Below, in pieces: positions 25,014 through 32,000 of a DNA stretch of 32,000 nucleotides. Numbering within the stretch: position 1 is the stretch's first letter; each line of letters starts with the position of its first letter. The notes under the pieces are model-generated. The model ran no database searches. It saw only the letters and a list, made by a program, of their open reading frames with translations, and had not been told where the DNA came from. The DNA comes from Nostoc punctiforme PCC 73102. Its GTDB lineage: Bacteria; Cyanobacteriota; Cyanobacteriia; Cyanobacteriales; Nostocaceae. The position numbers were made by a program, and so were the translations under genes. The stretch spans positions 2,340,001 to 2,372,000 of the forward strand of contig NC_010628.1 in assembly GCF_000020025.1 (NCBI RefSeq). The letters run 5' to 3'.

Positions 25014-25463
25014 TTAAGCAGTAGTTTGCTCTAGATTAACCTTGACAACTTTGTTCTTTTCTCGCTCGGACTTGGGCAGTGTCAAATTCAAAATACCGTT
25101 TTTATAATCTGCGGTGACATTAGTGTTTTGAACCCGAGCAGATAGAGGAATTACACGTTGGAATTTACCATAGTAGAATTCACTCTTGGTAGTGCCATTG
25201 TTTTGGATTTGGGTTTCAGACTTGCGTTCACCGCTAATGTGAACAGCGTCTTCTGTAACTTGAATATCTAGGTCTTTAGCTTCCAGCCCTGGCAGTTCTA
25301 GCTTCAGATAAATTGCATCATCAGTTTCTTGTAGTTCAGCAGCCGGAACTTTTACAGAGCCTTTTTCAAACTGTGTAGATGGGACTCTAGTATCTCCCAA
25401 TAGGCCGTTGATGTAACTTTCTAAAGTGTTGAAATCTTGTGCAGAGTTGTAACGAAATAACAT
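25014..25463 (-). CDS. Hsp20/alpha-crystallin family small heat-shock protein
   Basis: 'LELPGLEAKDLDIQVTEDAVHISGERK...GKFQRVIPLSARV...ADYKNGILNLTLPK' is a classic alpha-crystallin domain. Confidence 0.95.
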   Translation of the reverse strand: MLFRYNSAQDFNTLESYINGLLGDTRVPSTQFEKGSVKVPAAELQETDDAIYLKLELPGLEAKDLDIQVTEDAVHISGERKSETQIQNNGTTKSEFYYGKFQRVIPLSARVQNTNVTADYKNGILNLTLPKSEREKNKVVKVNLEQTTA

Positions 25464-25814
25464 ATTAATTTATCCCTTGTATCAGTAGTAGTTTTTGGCT
25501 CAATCAACTTTGGATTTAAATCTTTGCCTTGATGTTTACCATATTATTAATAAATAACAAGTTTGTAAATTCGGTTATTATCACCAAATCATGGATGATT
25601 CCCACACCAGGTTAGCTAGTAAAAAATATATTACGGTTTACTCGCATTTCTCGGTTCGGTAAACCGAACAATAATTGTTAATACAAATAATAGCTGTTAA
25701 AGGGGATTTGCTTTAACACTATAGCTTTACTTTTTTCTACCCAAACGGTTATCCCAGGGCTACCAGTTTTCTTTATTGAACGGACTGCGCTACTTCAAAA
25801 CTAAGTTCAATTTC

Positions 25815-25941
25815 AATTCTTGGCGTTGCTGAATATGAGGATGAAAATTAAAATTTCAATCTCTCAAACTCTTATTCTTTGCGCCTCTGCGTCTCTGCGT
25901 GAGACAAAAATCATCCCACTAATCAGCAACGCCCAATTCTT
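25815..25941. repeat. possible MITE-like repeat with gcgcctctgcgtctctgcgtgagac core
   Basis: Imperfect inverted ends: ggcgttgctga (25822-25832) and tcagcaacgcc (25923-25933). The core resembles a common Nostoc intergenic repeat. Confidence 0.35.
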
Positions 25942-26580
25942 TTAGTGATCTTTGCTTGTATGGGCGAGTACCAAACTCATTAAACTATCTAAAATGCGAT
26001 CGCGTGATAATGGCATCATTTCTTTGCCATATAGCATTTCCTGCACCATCACATAGGATACCAGTGAGCCAAAAAAGATTTGCGCTGTTGCTTCTGGGTC
26101 ACTAATGCCTAATTCTGGGTGAGAAGCTAAATACTGGCTCAGTAATAGCCGTCCCCGTTGAATTACGGTTTGAGTATATAATTTTGCCAATTCTGGAAAG
26201 CGTTGCGACTCGGTGATAATCAAGCGGAATAATGCTAAGTATTCAGAATTCTCGGCAACTTTTGTTAAATAGGTTTCAGCAATTTCACGCAACAAAATTG
26301 CTGGCTCACCATGCAGATCTTCTGTACAAAAAATCCCCTGAAAACTAGCAATTGTTACTCTTTCGATCAACGCCTTAAATAATCCTTCTTTATCTTGAAA
26401 GTGACTGTATATTGTCTGCTTAGATACTCCGGCTTCCGCACTTACCCGATCCATACTGGTTCCAGCATAGCCATCCCTCAAGAATACCTGCATGGCTCCT
26501 TGCAAAATTTGCTCCTGTTTTTGAGTCATGGCTCTTAAACGAGATAAAGTTTCAGGTTGGGAACCAGAGGTTTTGGGCAT
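25942..26580 (-). CDS. TetR/AcrR family transcriptional regulator
   Basis: HTH 'TSMDRVSAEAGVSKQTIYSHFQDKEGLF'. It is divergent from the exporter operon. Confidence 0.9.
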   Translation of the reverse strand: MPKTSGSQPETLSRLRAMTQKQEQILQGAMQVFLRDGYAGTSMDRVSAEAGVSKQTIYSHFQDKEGLFKALIERVTIASFQGIFCTEDLHGEPAILLREIAETYLTKVAENSEYLALFRLIITESQRFPELAKLYTQTVIQRGRLLLSQYLASHPELGISDPEATAQIFFGSLVSYVMVQEMLYGKEMMPLSRDRILDSLMSLVLAHTSKDH

Positions 26581-26622
26581 ATTTGACGTAAATTTTTTTA
26601 CATATTTCTTGTTTATTGGAGA

Positions 26623-26647
26623 ATCATACCATACAGTCTAGTATGAT
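26623..26647. promoter_or_regulatory. candidate TetR operator palindrome atcatac-N11-gtatgat
   Basis: 7-bp inverted arms in the 109-bp divergent intergenic region between tetR and the HlyD gene. Confidence 0.3.
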
Positions 26648-26689
26648 AGTTCCAGTAAATATTTAATGATAAAAATATAGGGTGGTATC

Positions 26690-28069
26690 ATGTCTCAGAC
26701 TGCCTCGACATCTCCAGAAGGGATTATAAATGTTCCTGTGCCACCATCTAAGCAGGAACGGAAGAAACTGATTTTTTTGTTCCTAGGGTTGCTGGTTATA
26801 GCAGGTGGTATCAGTTATTTACTGTGGCATAGTCAACAACAAGGAGCAGCAAATGTACTGAAGGTGAGTGGAAGGATTGAGGGTTACGAAACTGAAATTG
26901 GGGTGAAGCGTTCGGGAAGAATTGTTGCAATTGCAGTCCGGGAAGGGGCAGCAGTAAAAAAGGGGCAAGAATTAATCAAGTTGGATGACAGTAACGACCA
27001 ACTGCTACAAGAACAACTGCGGGGTGCTGAGGCTAGGGTTGCATCTGCTCAATCTGATGAACAGCAAGCAATTTCCGATGCTACTCAAGTAGAAAGTGGG
27101 ATTGAACAAATTGATAGCCAAATCAGTGAGGCAAAACTTAATTATCACCAATCCCAAGGAGATACCCAAGGACGAGTTCAACAGGCACTATCTAATGTAG
27201 CGACAGCCAAGGCACAATTATTACAAGCGCAGGCACAGACAAAGCAGGCACTAGCAGAAGTAAAATTAGCGAAAATGAATCGCGATCGCTATGCCAAACT
27301 CGTAACAGAAGGTGCTATTAATCAACAACAGTTTGACCAAGCACAAACCACCTTTGACACAGCAGTAGCCACATTAGAAGCACGAAAAGCAGCCGTAAAT
27401 GCTGGACAAGAACAATTACGCGCTGTTGCCGGGGCATTAACCCAAGCTAAAACTACAAGTTTCAATCCTGGTATTCGCAATGCCCAAATAGAAGCATTAA
27501 ACAGAAAAAAAGATCAGAGTTTTGCTCAACTAAAATCTGCCCAAGCAAAGGTAAAATCTGCTCACGCCAAAGTAAAAGATGCTTTAGCATCAAAACAGCA
27601 AATTCTGACCCAAATAGCAGACTCGAAAAAAGATTTAAATGTTGTTAGTCCTTTAGATGGGGTAGTAACTGCCCGTAGTGCAGAGATCGGGACTGTAGTT
27701 AGCAGCCAAACCAAAATTTTGACAGTAGTTGACCCTAATACAGTGTATTTGCGAGGTTTTATTCCCGAAGGCGATATTGGGAAAGTGCGCTTAGGACAAA
27801 CAACCAAAATCTTTCTTGATTCTGCGCTGGAAAAACCCCTTATGGGCAAAGTGATTGCTGTCGATCCTCAAGCCTCTTTTACCCCAGAAAATATCTACTT
27901 CCAAAAAGATCGGGTTAGGCAAGTAGTAGGTGTGCGGATTCAGTTACAAAACCCTCCTGGCTGCTTTAATCCAGAAAACCCTTACTCTGGTTCAGATTTG
28001 CCCTGTGCCAAAATTGGAATGCCAGCAGATGCAGAGATTGCGTTGCAGGATAAAGAGGTCAGCAAATGA
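26690..28069 (+). CDS. HlyD-family periplasmic adaptor (YbhG-like)
   Basis: N-terminal TM segment, long Q/A-rich coiled coil and a beta-barrel C-terminal part. It overlaps the next gene by ATGA. Confidence 0.9.
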   Translation: MSQTASTSPEGIINVPVPPSKQERKKLIFLFLGLLVIAGGISYLLWHSQQQGAANVLKVSGRIEGYETEIGVKRSGRIVAIAVREGAAVKKGQELIKLDDSNDQLLQEQLRGAEARVASAQSDEQQAISDATQVESGIEQIDSQISEAKLNYHQSQGDTQGRVQQALSNVATAKAQLLQAQAQTKQALAEVKLAKMNRDRYAKLVTEGAINQQQFDQAQTTFDTAVATLEARKAAVNAGQEQLRAVAGALTQAKTTSFNPGIRNAQIEALNRKKDQSFAQLKSAQAKVKSAHAKVKDALASKQQILTQIADSKKDLNVVSPLDGVVTARSAEIGTVVSSQTKILTVVDPNTVYLRGFIPEGDIGKVRLGQTTKIFLDSALEKPLMGKVIAVDPQASFTPENIYFQKDRVRQVVGVRIQLQNPPGCFNPENPYSGSDLPCAKIGMPADAEIALQDKEVSK

Positions 28070-30018
28070 AATTATCAACTCCTAAACCACTGCAATTATC
28101 TAATCACTCAACCACTACTATTAAAGTTAGTAATTTACATAAACATTATGGACAACTAATCGCTGTCCGGGGAATTGATTTTACTGTCAATCAGGGTGAG
28201 ATGTTTGGGTTAATTGGCCCTGATGGTGCTGGTAAAACTACTACCTTTCACATCTTAGGCGGGGTGATGGAGGCGACGGCGGGAGAAGTGCAAGTATTTG
28301 GTCAGCCGGCAAGGGACGCACGTTTAAGGACGGGATATCTCACACAACAGTTTTCCTTGTACTTGGATCTCAGCATTGATGAAAACTTGCGTTATGCGGC
28401 GGGATTGCGCCAAGTGAGTGATGATTTATTACGAGAACGCCGCCAGAAATACTTAAAATTAATGAGTTTGGAACAATTTGGCGATCGCTTGGCGGGTCAA
28501 CTTTCCGGCGGGATGAAACAAAAGCTGGCGCTGTGTTGTGCCTTGGTTTCCCAGCCCGACGTACTGTTACTAGATGAACCTACTACAGGGGTTGATCCAG
28601 TTTCGCGCCGGGAATTTTGGGATGTATTAGCAGAACTTTCTGCCGATGGGATGACAATTGTTGTCGCCACACCTTATCTAGATGAAGCCGAACGCTGTGA
28701 TCGCGTCGCACTGATGTATAGTGGTCAAATTCACGAAATTGGTACACCCGCAGCATTACGCGCCAATTTAGGCTTACATCGCCTAGAAGTCAGAACAGCA
28801 AATCTGGAGATAGCCGAGAAACTTCTTTTGCAGAATGTGCAGACAAATATAGTCGATGTACAGACATTTGGCGATCGCTTGGATGTTCTCGTTCAAGATG
28901 TGACTCTCGGTGAAACCCAGGTAAATCAACTACTACAACAGCATCACCCCAGTATTGAACGTGGCGAACCCACCCTAGAGAACGTCTTTGTCACCCGTCT
29001 ACGACAACAAGGTTCAGCACCAGAATTTTTGTCCTTTCCTCGTTCTCGTGGAGGAAATAGGGAACAATTCAAACCTCAAAATTCTCCCGATCAAATTGCT
29101 ATTTACGCTCACAATCTCAACCGTGTATTTGGTAACTTCCAAGCAGTCAAAAACGTTAATGTCGAAGTACGCTATGGCGAAATATTTGGGCTTTTAGGTG
29201 CCAATGGAGCCGGAAAAACAACTACCATCAAAATGCTGTGTGGATTACTAGCAGCTAGTGGCGGTGATATTTCCCTCGGTGGTGAAACAGGAAATCTGCG
29301 TAGTCGTGACTTACGGCGACGTATCGGTTATATGAGCCAGAAATTCACTCTTTACGACGATCTGACAATTCTGCAAAACTTAGAGTTTTATAGCGGGATT
29401 TACAGCGTACCCCGCAAACTGAGGCGAGAAAAGATTGATTGGGTAATTGCTACCTGTGGCTTAGAGGGACAAGAACAGATGCTTACCGGACAATTACCCG
29501 GTGGTTGGAAGCAGCGAGTAGCTTTTGGCGCTTCTGTCATGCACGAACCAGATATTTTATTTCTCGATGAACCGACATCCGGGGTAGATCCTTTAGCCCG
29601 TCGTCAGTTTTGGAAGCTGATTAATGACTTTGCCCGCAATGGTACAGCTATTTTAGTGACAACGCACTACTTAGAAGAAGCTGAACAGTGTAACCGCATG
29701 AGTTTTATGGTAGCCGGGGAAATCGCCGCCGAAGGTTCACCTAGTTCTATCAAAGCTTCTCAACCAGGACAACTTATAGAAATTATCGTTAACCAAAATC
29801 AAGCCGCCTCCAAGATACTTAAACAGCATCTTGATTCGTGGCGTGTCTCGATTTTTGCCGATAGTTTACACATTGTTCTTGATCGCCCGGAAAAAGAAAT
29901 TCCCGAAATAACTCAGCTTTTAAAATCAGCACACCTGACTATTGAATCTCTGCGTCCCATTCCTTTCTCTTTGGAAGATGCTTTTATTGGTATCGTTGAA
30001 CGTGCGGTAAGAGATTAG
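28066..30018 (+). CDS. ABC transporter ATP-binding protein with two fused NBDs (YbhF-like)
   Basis: Two full sets of motifs: 'GPDGAGKTT'/'LSGGMKQKL'/'LLLDEPTTGVD' and 'GANGAGKTT'/'LPGGWKQRV'/'LFLDEPTSGVD'. Confidence 0.95.
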   Translation: MKLSTPKPLQLSNHSTTTIKVSNLHKHYGQLIAVRGIDFTVNQGEMFGLIGPDGAGKTTTFHILGGVMEATAGEVQVFGQPARDARLRTGYLTQQFSLYLDLSIDENLRYAAGLRQVSDDLLRERRQKYLKLMSLEQFGDRLAGQLSGGMKQKLALCCALVSQPDVLLLDEPTTGVDPVSRREFWDVLAELSADGMTIVVATPYLDEAERCDRVALMYSGQIHEIGTPAALRANLGLHRLEVRTANLEIAEKLLLQNVQTNIVDVQTFGDRLDVLVQDVTLGETQVNQLLQQHHPSIERGEPTLENVFVTRLRQQGSAPEFLSFPRSRGGNREQFKPQNSPDQIAIYAHNLNRVFGNFQAVKNVNVEVRYGEIFGLLGANGAGKTTTIKMLCGLLAASGGDISLGGETGNLRSRDLRRRIGYMSQKFTLYDDLTILQNLEFYSGIYSVPRKLRREKIDWVIATCGLEGQEQMLTGQLPGGWKQRVAFGASVMHEPDILFLDEPTSGVDPLARRQFWKLINDFARNGTAILVTTHYLEEAEQCNRMSFMVAGEIAAEGSPSSIKASQPGQLIEIIVNQNQAASKILKQHLDSWRVSIFADSLHIVLDRPEKEIPEITQLLKSAHLTIESLRPIPFSLEDAFIGIVERAVRD

Positions 30019-30042
30019 GGACATAAAAACTGAGAATAAATA

Positions 30043-31149
30043 ATGAAAAGAATTTTTTCCCAATGTGTAAAGGAAATAGCGCAATTTCGGCGCGATCGCT
30101 TAACTTTAGGTTTAGCATTTTTATTGCCATTTTTAACTCTATTAATTTTTGGGTTTGCGATTCGTTTAGAAAGTAAGGATATTCCCCTGATTGTGCAGGA
30201 TTTTGACCGCACAAACCTGAGTAGCAGCTATATTGAGCGTTTATATGCTACCAATCAATTTACACCTAAACAATGGTCAGGTGGTAATCCGGCACGAGAT
30301 GCAATTGACAGGGGTATTGCAAAAGCGGCAGTGGTTATTCCTCCCCAATTTAGCCGAGATATTCAAGCTGGTAGAAATGCCAAGGTGCAAGTATTAATTG
30401 ATGCCACAGATGTTAATAATGCTCGTGTAATTAGAGGTAGCATTCAAAGAGTAACTAATTTCTTCATGCGAGACCAAGGATTAATACCAGATACAAATAT
30501 TGTTACACCGCGAGTCCGCTTGTGGTTTAACCCTGGTAGATTGGAGTCGTTGTACATTGTGCCGGGAACCTACGGTGTAGTCTTGTGGATTTTTCCTTCA
30601 TTGCTAACAGCGATCGCAATGGTACGTGAAAAAGAAAAAGGTACAATTTTACAAGTCTATGCTTCTAGCATTAGTGCAACCGAACTGTTACTTGGCAAAG
30701 GACTAGCTTATCTGCTAATTGCGATTACAGAAGCCTTAATAGTCATGGGATTAGGGTCAATAATTTTTCATATCGGCATAATTAGTAACCCGATCACTTT
30801 ATTAATAGGAACTCTACTCTTTTTAATAGATAGTGTTTCCTTTGGTTTACTTGTAGGGGTACGTAGCAGTAACCAAAATTCCGCAGTGCAAATTGTTTCT
30901 CTTGTCGGTTTTATTACATCTTTATTACTATCTGGTTTTATTTATCCCCTGAGTAATATTCCTTTTCCCCTTTCACTAACACCTAACGTATTTCCTGCGC
31001 GTTATTACATTGATATCACCCGTGACGCTTTTGTGCGTGGTACGGGATGGACAGGAGTTTGGTTTGACTTACTCATGCTTGCAGTTTTGGGATTTGTATT
31101 TTTTAACGTAGCGCGTCGGCTTTTAAGTCGAATGCAAATTAGTCAATAG
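30043..31149 (+). CDS. ABC-2 type transporter permease (YbhS-like)
   Basis: N-terminal TM segment, large periplasmic loop and a C-terminal 5-TM ABC-2 domain with 'REKEKGTILQ'. Confidence 0.9.
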   Translation: MKRIFSQCVKEIAQFRRDRLTLGLAFLLPFLTLLIFGFAIRLESKDIPLIVQDFDRTNLSSSYIERLYATNQFTPKQWSGGNPARDAIDRGIAKAAVVIPPQFSRDIQAGRNAKVQVLIDATDVNNARVIRGSIQRVTNFFMRDQGLIPDTNIVTPRVRLWFNPGRLESLYIVPGTYGVVLWIFPSLLTAIAMVREKEKGTILQVYASSISATELLLGKGLAYLLIAITEALIVMGLGSIIFHIGIISNPITLLIGTLLFLIDSVSFGLLVGVRSSNQNSAVQIVSLVGFITSLLLSGFIYPLSNIPFPLSLTPNVFPARYYIDITRDAFVRGTGWTGVWFDLLMLAVLGFVFFNVARRLLSRMQISQ

Positions 31150-31182
31150 TCAATAGTCATTTGTCATTGGTCATTGGTAGTT
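31141..31182. repeat. STRR-like heptamer array (AGTCAAT/GGTCATT)
   Basis: agtcaat agtcaat agtcatt tgtcatt ggtcatt ggtagtt spans the stop codon of the permease gene. Confidence 0.6.
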
Positions 31183-31203
31183 AGTTATCAGCCTTAATCA
31201 TAT

Positions 31204-32000
31204 ATGAAATATATTTGGCAATTATTTGATAGTCCATTGTGGTCATTAGTGCGTAAAGAAATTAATCAAATTCTGCGAAACAGGCAATTGATTGTTTTAT
31301 TAATTGTGCCACCAACAGTACAATTATTGCTTTACGGATTTGCACTTAACCCGGATGTACATAATTTACGACTGGGTGTAATTGACTATGCTAATATCTC
31401 CGCCAGTCGAGAACTAGTTTCAGCAATGACATCCAATCACACTTTTAACTTAGAAAGTGTACCAAAAAGTGAAAAAGATTTAAGCCGTCAAGTAGAAGAA
31501 GGTAAGCTAGATGTAGGACTAATAATTCCACCAAATTTCCCCCGCCAACTAGCTAATAAATCAGCAGAAATTCAAGTATTTATCGATGGAGTGAATGCAA
31601 ATACAGCCGGAATTGCTGCTAACTATGTTAATCAAATTATCCAACAATATAATTTCAGTTTGGCACAGGGTCAAATCAGTCCGCCAGTTTCAACCGAAGT
31701 CGTTTTTCTTTACAATCCTGGGCTTACAAGTAGTTGGTTTTTTGTACCGGGAGTTATGGGTTTAGTCCTGACATTAATCGGCACATTAGTATCAGCAGTA
31801 ACCGTTGTGCGCGAGAAAGATACAGGAACTTTAGAGCAATTGTTAATGACTCCCTCTAGCAATTGGGAAATTTTATTAGCTAAAATTATCCCGTTGGCAT
31901 TCCTGCTCATGGGAGATGTGCTACTAGCTTTAACCTTGGGAACAATCGTATTTAGCCTACCCTTCCGTGGAAGCTTTTTGCTCTTTCTTGCTTTATCAAG
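31204..32000 (+). CDS. second ABC-2 type permease (YbhR-like), 3' end outside the window
   Basis: Hand translation from the ATG at 31204 gives MKYIWQLFDSPLWSLVRKEINQILRNRQLIVLLIVPP...VREKDTGTLEQLLMTP... The frame stays open to the window edge. The ORF track omits it because there is no stop codon. Confidence 0.85.
   Translation, partial: MKYIWQLFDSPLWSLVRKEINQILRNRQLIVLLIVPPTVQLLLYGFALNPDVHNLRLGVIDYANISASRELVSAMTSNHTFNLESVPKSEKDLSRQVEEGKLDVGLIIPPNFPRQLANKSAEIQVFIDGVNANTAGIAANYVNQIIQQYNFSLAQGQISPPVSTEVVFLYNPGLTSSWFFVPGVMGLVLTLIGTLVSAVTVVREKDTGTLEQLLMTPSSNWEILLAKIIPLAFLLMGDVLLALTLGTIVFSLPFRGSFLLFLALS

Noticed and set aside
25464-25560. Possible RNA thermometer in the hsp20 5' UTR (as known for cyanobacterial hsp17)
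   Set aside because: In the first ~100 nt upstream of the start I could not find an anti-SD stretch complementary to the aaggga ribosome-binding region. The transcription start is unknown, so the idea is unsupported. The only structure noted is a palindrome, ttcggt-aa-accgaa, at 25655-25668, about 190 nt upstream.

Overview
The window looks like a chromosomal segment from a filamentous, heterocyst-forming cyanobacterium (Nostoc/Anabaena type). Evidence: about two dozen HIP1 octamers (GCGATCGC) counted by eye, heptameric STRR-like arrays, several Nostoc-style hairpin or MITE-like dispersed repeats, and typical cyanobacterial genes. I support about 30 CDS. Housekeeping or conserved genes include GNAT, a GIY-YIG protein, a Ser/Thr kinase with a YARHG domain, a Mo-nitrogenase-C-like protein, a cupin, a creatininase-family protein, a CPBP protease, a DUF3326-like protein, a plant-type ferredoxin, AcnB, a universal stress protein, a DOPA-dioxygenase-family protein, a PAO/Tic55-type Rieske oxygenase, pirin, Hsp20, and a TetR regulator with a YbhGFSR-like HlyD/double-ATPase/two-permease exporter. 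Two accessory modules stand out. (1) 15.1-18.9 kb is an AT-rich, HIP1-free island between acnB and usp. It carries a two-gene operon: a 637-aa ABC/OLD-like ATPase with a DUF3696-type C terminus, followed by a 352-aa orphan protein. The orphan has a Cys cluster and a C-terminal segment that by eye resembles RelE/YoeB-fold toxins. A degraded HicB-like fragment follows. This is my best candidate for an undescribed defence (abortive-infection-like) system. (2) 9.8-12.1 kb holds a 143-aa helical orphan whose stop lies 3 nt before a TIR-GUN4 fusion protein, followed by an Rpn/PD-(D/E)XK-like DUF4351 protein. All family assignments come from by-eye motif recognition; no searches were run.
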